From NCBI GenBank assembly GCA_050015395.1, contig JBEKBM010000001.1, positions 64,001 through 128,000 of the forward strand: DNA of 64,000 nucleotides. The letters are read 5' to 3'. Each line of letters begins with the position of its first letter. The stretch's first letter is position 1. The notes beneath the pieces are model-generated. The model had not been told where the DNA came from. It worked only from the letters and a program-made list of their open reading frames with translations, and searched no databases. This DNA comes from Candidatus Bathyarchaeia archaeon (lineage in GTDB: Archaea > Thermoproteota > Bathyarchaeia > Bathyarchaeales > Bathycorpusculaceae). Position numbers and translations under genes: made by a program. Shown here one piece after another: positions 1 through 9,982 of the stretch.

Positions 1-92
1 GAGAAGGCTAAGAAAATGGTGAATCTATCGTTAAAATCATGATTGTAAGATGGAATGGTATATCTTAGTCCATGTTTGGATAAACTATTGGA

Positions 93-386
93 TTGAATCA
101 GAAGATGGGTTTGGGAAAGGAAGCGCGTAAGGTTCCTAACAGCCGTATTAAAATATTAACTAAAGACGCGAAGCAAATGGTGAATGGACCGTATTATTGC
201 CCAAAATGCCGGAAGGAATTGTTGCAGATTTTGGCGAATGTAAACAAGAAAGAAGTTTACGCCGTTTGCAAATGTGGTCTTGAATGGCAATTGACGTATG
301 CTCCTGTTTTTCAACCTATAGATTACTATAATAAGTTTAGGGATTTGTGGAAAAAGCAAAGCTACGGCGTAATCAAGCAAAAATAG
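93..386 (+). CDS. elf1: Transcription elongation factor Elf1-like zinc ribbon protein
   Basis: Basic N-terminus, YYCPKC...CKCG zinc ribbon and C-terminal QPIDYYNKFRD resembling the Elf1 EPIDVY..WID motif. The true start may be the downstream ATG (MGLGK). Confidence 0.7.
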   Translation: MNQKMGLGKEARKVPNSRIKILTKDAKQMVNGPYYCPKCRKELLQILANVNKKEVYAVCKCGLEWQLTYAPVFQPIDYYNKFRDLWKKQSYGVIKQK

Positions 387-519
387 GCTTTTGTCACTAC
401 TTACACCATTATTTTTGAGTTCCTGTTCTGCCCAACTAGCCCTACCTGAGCAAAAACTTTACCAAAACAAATTAGCTATAAGGCGGAACCATCCGTAAAT
501 AGAAAAAGGAGTCAAAACG

Positions 520-972
520 GTGACTGAAGAAAAACTTGAATTCACTCGCCCGCTTCTTGTTTTAGGAAATCTGGGGCTTCTTGCATGGGTTTTTCTAGCG
601 TTTTTCGGCATACTGTTTTACAATCAGATTTACGGTTGGTTATACCTGCTTTTAGAAGCCGTTGTAATCTACCTTATTCTGCGTAGGCTCGGTTGCAGCA
701 GCTGTTACAAATGCAAAACTTGCACAAGCGGCTTTGGAAGACTCGCAGGCGCATTCTTTGGAAAAGGATACGTCAAGAAAGAAAGCGTTGGAAACAGGCT
801 GGGGCTAATAGCTTTTATTTATTTTCTTCTTTTTCCGCTTCCAGCAACAATTCTATTTTTCTCGCTTTCGGAGGCTTTTTCATTTCTAAAATTGTTAGTG
901 CTGGTTTGCCTTTTGGCAATAGCTGCCTACAGCTTAACTACTTGGTCCAACCGTTCAACAGTTAACCATTAA
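520..972 (+). CDS. Hypothetical four-TM membrane protein with a CxxCxxCxxC loop
   Basis: Four hydrophobic segments, CSSCYKCKTC between TM2 and TM3, AGGAG upstream of the GTG start. Confidence 0.7.
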   Translation: MTEEKLEFTRPLLVLGNLGLLAWVFLAFFGILFYNQIYGWLYLLLEAVVIYLILRRLGCSSCYKCKTCTSGFGRLAGAFFGKGYVKKESVGNRLGLIAFIYFLLFPLPATILFFSLSEAFSFLKLLVLVCLLAIAAYSLTTWSNRSTVNH

Positions 973-1037
973 ATTATGATTTGGGAGAAGTTTTAAACGG
1001 TTGATTGATTCATGTTACCGTCGCTGAAGATGTTTGA

Positions 1038-2090
1038 ATGAGCAGGCCGCTGCTTAGCCGTAAACCAGTCAGACTATTAATTATCTTTACGTTAGCGTTT
1101 ATTGTTTCTTTACCAATAATTCGTCCTTTGGGAGCTGTTGCTGCTCAAAGCCCCGATCAAAGCCAGTATTACAACACAGAGTTTGCATGGGATTACGGCG
1201 GGAACCATTGGGATTGGAACCTGAGTATTCCAGTGACGCTTTATGATGCCTATATAGCAGTTCCCGATTCAGTCCGAATACAGTATGGACTTGCAGACTT
1301 TGGTTTTTTCACTACAACTCAGGATAATTACATGCAAACCTTAGCTGATAAACTCAATGAAACTGCAACGCAGCTTGGATACGGCTCATGTGATGAAGTA
1401 AATTTTGTTTTAGCTTTCGTACAGAGCATACCTTACAAGATGGACAATGCTAGCATAGGGTATCAAGATTATCCAAGGTTCCCCGTTGAAACTTTAGTGG
1501 ATGATGTTGGAGACTGCAAATCCCATTCCATACTTTTTGCGACATTAATGCTCATTATGGGTTACGGTACAGTTTTCATTAACCCTCCAGACCATTTAGC
1601 GGTTGGCGTACTGGGAAATAACCTTCAAGGCACCTGTTGTACCTGCAATAACCAAACTTACTATTACTGCGAAACCACAGGGGTCGGGTTTACAATTGGC
1701 GAGCTTCCCCAGCAATTCACAGGTCAAACCGTTAATGTCTACCCGATAGATGAGAGCGAACAATATGTTCCAAATTTACAGGCAACTTCATCAACTGAAC
1801 CCAATCCAACTATCCAACCAGTTCTACCAATTTCAGTTAATTTAATCTCTGGCGAACCTATTTTATTCATACTAATTATCCTTGCAATAGTAATTTCGAT
1901 AACTATTACCGTTAAAACAGCAAGCAAATCCAAGCAAAGATCACCCCTTAACCAAACAGTTTCTCCAGAACCAAGCAGCCCCAAGGTGGCAGATGCCAAT
2001 TTAGAGATCAACAAATTCTGCATCTATTGTGGCTCAAGCAACAAATCGTTCGCTTTATACTGCGAGAAATGCGGTAAAAAAATAGCTTAA
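1038..2090 (+). CDS. Secreted, membrane-anchored transglutaminase-like (Cys protease fold) protein with C-terminal zinc ribbon
   Basis: Signal peptide, FVQSIPY..D, YPRFPVETL, GDC (catalytic Cys), HLAVGV, YYCETT, a TM helix and CIYC...CEKCG. Confidence 0.75.
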   Translation: MSRPLLSRKPVRLLIIFTLAFIVSLPIIRPLGAVAAQSPDQSQYYNTEFAWDYGGNHWDWNLSIPVTLYDAYIAVPDSVRIQYGLADFGFFTTTQDNYMQTLADKLNETATQLGYGSCDEVNFVLAFVQSIPYKMDNASIGYQDYPRFPVETLVDDVGDCKSHSILFATLMLIMGYGTVFINPPDHLAVGVLGNNLQGTCCTCNNQTYYYCETTGVGFTIGELPQQFTGQTVNVYPIDESEQYVPNLQATSSTEPNPTIQPVLPISVNLISGEPILFILIILAIVISITITVKTASKSKQRSPLNQTVSPEPSSPKVADANLEINKFCIYCGSSNKSFALYCEKCGKKIA

Positions 2091-2100
2091 GCCGCAAATT

Positions 2101-2673
2101 CTACTTTTTAAGTGCGTTCCCAGCTGGTTCACGGCTCAACAGTGAATTGAGGGTTCCCTCTGCAAACCTGTCTATCCCAGCCTTCACATAAACGGCAATC
2201 ACAATTTCTAAAAGGATAATAACTGAAAGGAAGACGGCAAGAGCCTTTGTTAGATTCACAAAAGCTTGCCCTACTTGGAAATCCACGCTGCCATTAACGG
2301 TTGCCAGCCAACTCCAGAAACTAGGCTTCTGCGTAACCATAAATGCGTTTAAATCAAACGTTATCCACAGACATAAACCAACCAACACAGCAGCTAAGGC
2401 GCAGCCGACTATTGTGAGGTTTTTCCAGTCTGAACTCAAGCGGGAAGAGCAGGTTACTTGTGTTCCAGAATCAACTGGTGCAAAATTGATGTCTATTGTT
2501 TTCTTGGCTGTTCTTGGCGACATCCCCCATAGCGAGCCCTGCTTAACCGAAATTTGCTTTGGCGGCTCTTCCGAGATTATCTTGCAGCCTTTCTCTAAGA
2601 GAACAGCTTTCAAATCTGCATACGCTTTATCGATTCCTAAACTGACAGTTCGTTTAAGCAACCATGGCACCAC
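2101..2673 (-). CDS. Hypothetical membrane protein
   Basis: 190 aa ORF with a soluble N-terminal domain and two TM helices, in the same orientation as the upstream gene. Confidence 0.65.
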   Translation of the reverse strand: MVPWLLKRTVSLGIDKAYADLKAVLLEKGCKIISEEPPKQISVKQGSLWGMSPRTAKKTIDINFAPVDSGTQVTCSSRLSSDWKNLTIVGCALAAVLVGLCLWITFDLNAFMVTQKPSFWSWLATVNGSVDFQVGQAFVNLTKALAVFLSVIILLEIVIAVYVKAGIDRFAEGTLNSLLSREPAGNALKK

Positions 2674-2719
2674 TTAGACTTGAACATTTAGTTGCTACTT
2701 TGGACCTAAAAAGCTTCTT

Positions 2720-3340
2720 CTAATGCCGCGCCCTAGCCTTAAAACCTCTAATCTGCCTACGTGCCATGGCTCGCTGCCTTTCAAGATTCTTAATCCTAGC
2801 ATAAAGCTTCGAAACCTTGGTCTTAGACGGCACCTTAGACCTTGGCGCATGAACGGGCACAGGCGTGAATGACTTAGTAATTTCAAGTTTGCGCCGTCCA
2901 GACTTCTTGAATGGAACATTACGCACTTTCTTGAAGGTAACATAGCCTTCTTTGAGGTTTACTTCCTGCACTTCCCAGCCTGCATTCAACCAAGCCTTAG
3001 CGTGAGCGCTCGATGATGAGTTACTCCACCAAGCTTCATCTCTGAAAGCGCTTATTGGAAGGTTACTGCCAATTAAACCGTCTATTCTCGCAAAGGAAAG
3101 CTTTACCAACCCAGTGAAAGCAGCTCTAAACTTCAAATGACTCTCAAGCCCATCATACTTAGACGCTGACCGTGGCGAAACCACTCGCCTAGCACAATGC
3201 AAACACAACATTGCATTTGGATCGCCAGTGGCAACATCAGGCACCATACAGTCCCGGCAAAACAGTTTCTTGCAACGTTGACACTTACGCATGTAAGCTA
3301 CTCGGAGAACTCTTCCGCAGATCCCGCATTCATCTTTCAA
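2720..3340 (-). CDS. Zinc-finger protein with a DUF7662-like domain (putative nucleic-acid binding)
   Basis: Four CxxC pairs at the N-terminus, LSF..I..LIG..LP.SA....WWSN....AW..AGW.V motif and a basic tail. Confidence 0.65.
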   Translation of the reverse strand: MKDECGICGRVLRVAYMRKCQRCKKLFCRDCMVPDVATGDPNAMLCLHCARRVVSPRSASKYDGLESHLKFRAAFTGLVKLSFARIDGLIGSNLPISAFRDEAWWSNSSSSAHAKAWLNAGWEVQEVNLKEGYVTFKKVRNVPFKKSGRRKLEITKSFTPVPVHAPRSKVPSKTKVSKLYARIKNLERQRAMARRQIRGFKARARH

Positions 3341-3407
3341 CGATTCGTCAACCTTTTACTAAGCGATCTTAAAAGTCACTTTAAACATATTCCGCATTTT
3401 AGACATA

Positions 3408-4946
3408 TTAATTTTCACTTATTGCAAAACCGTTTTCACCCGAATTATTGCCTTTATGTGTTAACTGTCGTAGTGTACCCGTGATTTCTTCCCATATTAA
3501 TCTAATCAGCTCTCTCGCTTGCGCATCAATAGTCAGCAATAAGCCCACGTAAAGTGCAAAGCCCGCAACGGCTTTAGCTATTGTAAGAATCAATGTTGAT
3601 GTCGTGGGAAGTAGGAAAAGTACAACTCCCATAAAGATGGAAGCGAGAACGTATTTGGCTATGCTTTTCCAAGCAACAGGTAACCGAATTGAACGACGCC
3701 AAAACCAGTATAGTCCAATAAAGGTTGAAAGCTGAACGCCAGTAAGTATTGCTATAACGTCAACTGCCGCTTGCGGTGTTCCAGCCACCGGCAGATGCGT
3801 CAGAACGTAATACACCAAGGGTAAAGCAATTGCTGCCTGAATGTATCCAACACTGAAAACCATGAAGATTTTGCTTCCGACAAGTTTGCGAAGTGAAATT
3901 TTTCCTTCGGCGTCGAACCCTTCTCTGCCCATAATGAGTGAAGAGTAAAACGAAGTTATCACACCCACTAATGTATAAATAGTTAATGCAATGAGAACTG
4001 ACCAAGCAACACTGTAAGATACCTTTAAGACGGCTAAGAACGAGGTAGACATAACCATCGTTATGGTGGATAATGGAATCGCCAACATTAACACTGTTCT
4101 TAACGATATTCCCACTTGTTCGTCTGGGCAAGTTTTAGCCAGCAGTTTAGGATACATCGCGAATGCCAAAGAAGAAGAATAGCCCACTATTGTCGTAAAA
4201 CTTAAAGATGCTTGGTAGTAGGCTCTATCGGTTGATCCACCATAGAGGAAAAGCAAGATAAGGGCGAACGCGAGTAATTGCGCGCCAATAGCGTTATAGG
4301 CAAGTGCTGTTGAACCCTTAAGCCATTCTTTTAGGTAGCTCCAGTTTATTTTTTGCTTAAATTCGTCGGCTAAAAGTCGCACGTAATATAATATTTGAAC
4401 TAAGGCGGCAAGAACTAGGCTTAATATTGCGCCGAGGAATATCTGCCTTAAACCAAGGATCAAAACTAAAGCAACAATCACTTTCACTATTTCCTGAATC
4501 AAAAAACCATACCCAAGTGCCTGGGGCTTCATAGAAGTCAAAGCGCTTTCAAAAATTGCGATCATATAAGTGTTCAAAATATACAAGCCTGTAATCAAGT
4601 AAATTAGCAAGTAGACTTCGGTTCCAATTGCTCTTGAAATCAGAACAATTGCAGGAAGATAAATAACGACTGAAATGAGAGCTATTAACAATTGCGCTAA
4701 AGCGCCAGTTTTAACAGTTCCCTCCTTACCTCTTGCCATAAACCGAGTTGCCCAGAAAGGTAACAGGCCACTGAAAAGCAAAAAGTACCCAGTGTAATCA
4801 AAAATGTTTGTCCAAATACCAAATTGGCTTGTGGTCATGTTTCTGGTAAGCAAAAGCGTATACACAAGCCCAGTAATTATGCCTATTACTTGAGACGTAA
4901 AAATAATAAATCCGCTGTACTGAAGCCTTATTTGATTTTTACTCAA
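3408..4946 (-). CDS. MOP/Wzx-type flippase (polysaccharide biosynthesis transporter)
   Basis: 512 aa with about 14 TM segments and an N-terminal LLTR.M....FG.W pattern typical of Wzx-like exporters. Confidence 0.7.
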   Translation of the reverse strand: MSKNQIRLQYSGFIIFTSQVIGIITGLVYTLLLTRNMTTSQFGIWTNIFDYTGYFLLFSGLLPFWATRFMARGKEGTVKTGALAQLLIALISVVIYLPAIVLISRAIGTEVYLLIYLITGLYILNTYMIAIFESALTSMKPQALGYGFLIQEIVKVIVALVLILGLRQIFLGAILSLVLAALVQILYYVRLLADEFKQKINWSYLKEWLKGSTALAYNAIGAQLLAFALILLFLYGGSTDRAYYQASLSFTTIVGYSSSLAFAMYPKLLAKTCPDEQVGISLRTVLMLAIPLSTITMVMSTSFLAVLKVSYSVAWSVLIALTIYTLVGVITSFYSSLIMGREGFDAEGKISLRKLVGSKIFMVFSVGYIQAAIALPLVYYVLTHLPVAGTPQAAVDVIAILTGVQLSTFIGLYWFWRRSIRLPVAWKSIAKYVLASIFMGVVLFLLPTTSTLILTIAKAVAGFALYVGLLLTIDAQARELIRLIWEEITGTLRQLTHKGNNSGENGFAISEN

Positions 4947-5075
4947 GTGAGCTTTCCTGCTTTTATCGATTTAAGGTATAGTGCATTATTAAACTTCTAG
5001 ATATACGATTTCCCAAATCAACCTACAAAAAGCAAGATTTTACAAAAAAGAACTGAAAAAAGACGGATGGTTAAT

Positions 5076-6554
5076 TTACCCTTTTACTACTGCGAGTGGA
5101 ACAAGCCTTGCAACTTTAGTGGCAATTCCAATCTTGTCGCTGACGTCGGCAACCACATCCACATTCTTATACGCTGCGTCGGCTTCCTCAGCCAAAACAG
5201 AAATGCTTGCCGCACGAACAACAATGCCCCGCTTCTCCAAAGCCGCTTTTACGTCTCCACCCCAATACTGCCGTTTTGCCGCTGACCGGCTCATCATTCT
5301 GCCCGCGCCATGCGCGGTTGAACCAAAAGTTAAATCCATAGCTTTCTTCGAACCCACCAGAACCCATGAGCTTGTGCCCATGCTGCCTGGAATAAGCACT
5401 GGTTGCCCTTCACTACGGAAATCAGCTGGAACATCAGGGTGCCCTGCTGGAAAAGCGCGTGTTGCTCCTTTACGGTGAACCCAAACTTTCTTTTCTCCAC
5501 CATCAATCTTGTGAGTTTCTATCTTGGCAATGTTGTGCGCTACATCGTAAACGAGTTTTAAACCAAATTTTTCAGGCGGCTCATGGAAAACTTGCTGAAA
5601 ACTTTGCCTGACCCAATGCATGATTGCATGTCTATTAGAAAAAGCATAGTTAACAGCGCAAGCCATAGCTTGGAAGTAATCACCTGCTTCATTGCTGCTT
5701 CCAGGTGCACATGCTAATTCGCGGTCAGGTAACGTTATCCTATACTTTTGCACTGCATGCTCCATAACTCTCAGATAATCGGAGCAGACTTGGTGACCAT
5801 AGCCTCTTGAACCGCAATGAATCATGACTGTAACTTGGCCTTCTTGCGTAATTCCAAAAGCCTTAGCTGTCTTAGGATTATAGATTTTATCTACCTTTTG
5901 TATTTCTAAGAAGTGGTTTCCCGAACCCAAGGTGCCAATCTGAGTTAATCCTCTGCTCTTAGCCGTCGATGACACCTTATCTGGGTCTGCATTAGCCATG
6001 CAACCGCTTTCTTCACAGTGCTCAGCATCCTCAGGCCAACCAAACCCGCGTTTAATAAGCCACGGCACACCCTCAACTACCAAACGGTCTAAGTCAGCAG
6101 CGGAAACGGTTAAGTCTTTTCGTCGGCTTCCAAGCCCAGAAGGAACATTACGGAAAATGGTTTCAGCTAATGGTGCAAGTTTGGGTCGGATCTCTTTTTC
6201 TGTAAGCGTTGTTGCTAAGAGGCGGACACCACAGTTAATATCATAGCCTACGCCGCCAGGGCTGATAACGCCATTATCGTAGTCGGTTGCGGCAACGCCG
6301 CCTATGGGAAAACCGTAACCTTCATGCCCATCGGGCAATGTTACTGCATACTTGTAAATTCCGGGCAACTGCGTTACATTTGTGCATTGCCAAAGAGTCC
6401 GATCAGTCTTCATCTTTCCTAAAAGAGCTTCGTTTGCAAAAATCATACCTGGCACCCTCATGCCCGGTTTATATGTTGGGATACGCCAAGTGTACTCGTT
6501 TATTTTCTCGAGGGGAACTTCTTCTGGCGCTTTTCTGCTTTCACTTTCGCCCAA
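5076..6554 (-). CDS. rtcB: tRNA-splicing RNA ligase RtcB
   Basis: PDGHEGYGFPIGGV, GYDINCG, GTLGSGNHFLE, HRKGAT, PGSMG and STAHGAGR motifs. Confidence 0.97.
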   Translation of the reverse strand: MGESESRKAPEEVPLEKINEYTWRIPTYKPGMRVPGMIFANEALLGKMKTDRTLWQCTNVTQLPGIYKYAVTLPDGHEGYGFPIGGVAATDYDNGVISPGGVGYDINCGVRLLATTLTEKEIRPKLAPLAETIFRNVPSGLGSRRKDLTVSAADLDRLVVEGVPWLIKRGFGWPEDAEHCEESGCMANADPDKVSSTAKSRGLTQIGTLGSGNHFLEIQKVDKIYNPKTAKAFGITQEGQVTVMIHCGSRGYGHQVCSDYLRVMEHAVQKYRITLPDRELACAPGSSNEAGDYFQAMACAVNYAFSNRHAIMHWVRQSFQQVFHEPPEKFGLKLVYDVAHNIAKIETHKIDGGEKKVWVHRKGATRAFPAGHPDVPADFRSEGQPVLIPGSMGTSSWVLVGSKKAMDLTFGSTAHGAGRMMSRSAAKRQYWGGDVKAALEKRGIVVRAASISVLAEEADAAYKNVDVVADVSDKIGIATKVARLVPLAVVKG

Positions 6555-6598
6555 AACTTTTCACCTTAAAAACAAAGTGGAATGATACTATAAAACGT

Positions 6599-7519
6599 TT
6601 ATGAACCCTCATTAGCCTGAATTTGCTTGGCATAGTCGATAAAGCCTTGAACGCTGTTTCCAAGAGCGGTCTTAGAGTAAATTCGATGCGATTTTAAGTA
6701 ATCCGCCAGTTGATGCATAACCTTGTCCTCAGCAATTATTCTATCACGCACCTCCTCTAAACTTTGGTTTTTCCTGACGCCTTCTTCCGCGATTTTTGCC
6801 CATAATTGAAGCTGCACCTTGTAATCTTTCAGGCGTTGAACTCCATTTGAGACTTTTCCGAAATGGCTATAATACAAAACTGTCGGTTTAAGACTGATTA
6901 ATTTATCTAATGAAGCTAATGCCGCGCCGAAATGGAAGGGAGGCGGCGTAGTGGGCATTACCACGTCGAACTCTGGGAAATACGTGCCAGCAGCATCCCC
7001 TGGGAAAACTCCGCCGTTTAACGATTCGTGGAAGCTAAGGCTGTGTGAGGCGTGGCCAAGCGTTTCAATAACCGTCAGTTTTGCGCCATCATCCAAGTCA
7101 AAGGAGCCCTCAGTGACAGGAATTATTCGTTCTTTCGGAACAGGTTCAGGCTTACCGAAAATTTCGCTTACATACCCAAGAACCGCTTGAGCAGATGACC
7201 AAAGCCATTCAGGATTAATCAGATGCGGCATTCCCCTCGGGTGGACGATGACTTTTGCGTTAGGCAGAAACTTTAGCAATGTGCCGGCGCCGCCACCGTG
7301 ATCTAAATGAACATGCGTAATTGCAACGTATTCAACATCTTCAAATCTGATGTTGAGTTCTTTTAAGCCAGAAACAAGATTGGGTACTGAAGAAGTTGGA
7401 CCAGACTCCACAAGGATAGTTTTAGTGCATTTTATTATGTAGCTGCAAATGAGGTTTTTGAATCCTCCAGTTTCTAACTCGATTAGAAACAGGTTTTTCC
7501 CGATTTCTTTTGTGTGCAA
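6599..7519 (-). CDS. MBL-fold metallo-hydrolase
   Basis: THVHLDHGGG (HxHxDH), GHA.H, GDAAG and SHFG motifs. Confidence 0.9.
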   Translation of the reverse strand: MHTKEIGKNLFLIELETGGFKNLICSYIIKCTKTILVESGPTSSVPNLVSGLKELNIRFEDVEYVAITHVHLDHGGGAGTLLKFLPNAKVIVHPRGMPHLINPEWLWSSAQAVLGYVSEIFGKPEPVPKERIIPVTEGSFDLDDGAKLTVIETLGHASHSLSFHESLNGGVFPGDAAGTYFPEFDVVMPTTPPPFHFGAALASLDKLISLKPTVLYYSHFGKVSNGVQRLKDYKVQLQLWAKIAEEGVRKNQSLEEVRDRIIAEDKVMHQLADYLKSHRIYSKTALGNSVQGFIDYAKQIQANEGS

Positions 7520-7651
7520 AGCTTCACCTTTGGTTAGGTTTGATAAGTGCTGTTATGCCATAAACGTTTCCTTGAAACGTAAGATGGGACGCGTAAAACT
7601 TAATTATCCATTACTATTCTATGGGAGAGGCTAAAAGGTGACAGAAGTAAA

Positions 7652-8305
7652 TTGAAAGCAATTATCTTCGGAGCGCCAGGCGCTGGAAAAGGCACTTATG
7701 CTTCAAGGCTACAAGCAAAACTTGGCGTTGAAGTCATAGCGACCGGCGATATTTTCCGTGAATTAATGAAGGAAGATTCCGAGTTAGGCAGGAAAGTTAG
7801 GGGTTATGTGGAAAAGGGGCTTCTTGTTCCAGACGAAGTTGTTGTAGAAGTACTAAAGCAACGCTTAAGCAAAATTCCGAAAGGAAAAGGCTTTATTTTG
7901 GATGGCTACCCAAGAACGCTTGAACAAGCCAAAATCTTAGATTCTATTACTAAAATTGACGTCATACTACTGCTGAATGTTCCTGACTGGATTATTATTG
8001 AACGCCTATCTTCACGCCGAATATGCCGTAACTGCGGAACCGTTTACAATATTCGATTCTTAAAACCAAAAGTTGAAGGCATCTGTGACAAATGCACAGG
8101 ACCCTTATACCAACGGTCAGATGACAACCCTGAAGTTATAAAGAAACGACTGCAGGTCTATCAGGAACAGACAAGGCCGCTCTTAGAATACTTTAAGGAG
8201 AAAAAAGTGCCATTCGCCACTTCAAGCACTACAAGCCTTGACCAACCGCCAGAACCAATAGTTGACAAGATAGTGGCAGAAATAAAGAAACTAAAGCTAG
8301 CCTAA
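7652..8305 (+). CDS. adk: Adenylate kinase (bacterial-type, zinc lid)
   Basis: GAPGAGKGT P-loop, LDGYPRT, CxxC...CxxC lid and QRSDD. Confidence 0.95.
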   Translation: MKAIIFGAPGAGKGTYASRLQAKLGVEVIATGDIFRELMKEDSELGRKVRGYVEKGLLVPDEVVVEVLKQRLSKIPKGKGFILDGYPRTLEQAKILDSITKIDVILLLNVPDWIIIERLSSRRICRNCGTVYNIRFLKPKVEGICDKCTGPLYQRSDDNPEVIKKRLQVYQEQTRPLLEYFKEKKVPFATSSTTSLDQPPEPIVDKIVAEIKKLKLA

Positions 8306-8751
8306 ATATCCAAAATGAACTCTAACACCACTCGATCTCTTTCTCTTATTATTACCATTCTATGGTAAGTTACCGCTTTAACAGCGACCCTCTGCGGATG
8401 CTTTTGAGGGTCAAATTTTTCGCCCCAAATTTTCGCTTTGAATTTGAAGTTTTCATCTGTTTCTTCCCAGTTTGTTATCTGGAATTTTGAGTAAAGCATA
8501 TTTTCCGTTTCAAGTTTTACAAGCAACGCTTCAAGCCAATTATAAAGCAGCGCGTATTGGTCTTCAGCTTCAACCTCTAATGTTTCTTCTTGCATCTGGG
8601 TGATTTTATCCGTGTCTGTCATAACTTCAAACATTGCAAGCGCGGCGTTTTCGTAGGCTTCCTCCATTGTTCTGCCATGCGCCCGAATGTAAACGTCAGC
8701 AGTATGTTCTAAAAACTCGAATTTTCCAGCAAATTTCTCCGCCGTGCTCAT
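8302..8751 (-). CDS. Archease (RtcB cofactor)
   Basis: FLEHTADV, VKAVTYH and C-terminal LDI. Confidence 0.95.
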   Translation of the reverse strand: MSTAEKFAGKFEFLEHTADVYIRAHGRTMEEAYENAALAMFEVMTDTDKITQMQEETLEVEAEDQYALLYNWLEALLVKLETENMLYSKFQITNWEETDENFKFKAKIWGEKFDPQKHPQRVAVKAVTYHRMVIIRERDRVVLEFILDI

Positions 8752-8829
8752 AAGTTAAGCCACAATAGGATAAGAAGAATGTTTGTTTAAAAATGCTTTC
8801 GCTCATGCAGCATACCGCAAGGAGAAAGT

Positions 8830-9873
8830 TTAGAAGTATTTTGAAATTCTTTGTATTGCAGCAACAGTAAGTTTGGCCGAGTTCTCTATGTCTTTTAAGC
8901 ATAGCATGCCTACTGGGCTGTGAATGTACCGTGTTGGTATGGATATGTTGCCGCTTGGAATGCCCTGCCTGGTTATGGAAATCCGTGCAGCATCAGTTGA
9001 GCCGAGTAACCCTGTTTCAAGCTGGAAGGGAATTTTCTCTTCTTCCGCCGTGTCCAAAAGCCACCGCAAAACCTTCGGGTGAGTAATCAAGCCAGAATCG
9101 GAAATTGTGAGCGCTGGACCTCCACCCATCTTGACGGTTGTGTCAAATTCTCTTACGCCAGGAACGTCGCCCGCTATTGTTACGTCGAGTGCTATTGCTA
9201 AATCGGGGTCAACACCGAAAGCCGCTGTTGCTGCACCTCGTAAGCCTACTTCTTCCTGAACAGTGCCCACGGCACAAACTGTGCAATCAGTTTTTTCCAT
9301 TAATCTAAGAGCTTCAACCATTGTGACACAGCCAGCTCGGTTATCAAAAGCTTTGCCAATAACAACATCCCTGCCTAACGGAACATATTTTATGTCAAAG
9401 CCTACTGAATCGCCAACTGCAACGCCTAATGCCATAACGTCTTCCTTGCTTTCGGCTCCAATATCGATGAAAAGCTCATCGAAAGCTGTGACTTTTTTTC
9501 GCTCCTCTTCTTTCTGGATGTGAGGTGGTTTTGAACCGATTATTCCAGGGAAGGTACCTTTTCTTGAGAAAACTGTGACTTTTTGCGCGGGTAAGATGCG
9601 GTCGTCTATTCCGCCCATTTTAGTGAACTGCAAAAAGCCGTCTTTAGTGATAATTTTTACCATTAAGCCGACTTCATCCATATGAGCGGCAAGCATGATT
9701 TTAGGAGCATTCGATTTTCCTTTTTTGATGGCTATTACGTTTTCAAGTTTATCAACAACTATTTCGTCTGCGTAGGGCTTCATGAGTTGAATCATTAATT
9801 CTCTGACTTCGTTTTCTCTGCCTGTTACTCCGCAGGCGTTTGAGAGTTGTTCTAGAGTTTCGTTTAGCGTCAT
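8830..9873 (-). CDS. M42 family (TET) aminopeptidase
   Basis: AAHMDEVG, KAFDNRAG, QEEVGLRGA, TDA and RYIHSP motifs. Confidence 0.93.
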   Translation of the reverse strand: MTLNETLEQLSNACGVTGRENEVRELMIQLMKPYADEIVVDKLENVIAIKKGKSNAPKIMLAAHMDEVGLMVKIITKDGFLQFTKMGGIDDRILPAQKVTVFSRKGTFPGIIGSKPPHIQKEEERKKVTAFDELFIDIGAESKEDVMALGVAVGDSVGFDIKYVPLGRDVVIGKAFDNRAGCVTMVEALRLMEKTDCTVCAVGTVQEEVGLRGAATAAFGVDPDLAIALDVTIAGDVPGVREFDTTVKMGGGPALTISDSGLITHPKVLRWLLDTAEEEKIPFQLETGLLGSTDAARISITRQGIPSGNISIPTRYIHSPVGMLCLKDIENSAKLTVAAIQRISKYF

Positions 9874-9982
9874 TACCTTGCCTTCTTTAAGGTTGTTAAC
9901 TAAGACTAAGTTATTAAATAATTGTGGTCATTTAAACTGTTTTAGGCTTTGCAATGTACAATTTAGCTCGATGGATAAAAAA

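Noticed and set aside
1-42. Possible 3-prime end of an upstream gene (EKAKKMVNLSLKS*)
   Set aside because: Only 13 codons are visible, too few to support a call.
5076-6554. Possible intein in RtcB (a common host), also considered for Hel308 and TFB
   Set aside because: Protein lengths are normal and no intein splice motifs are evident.
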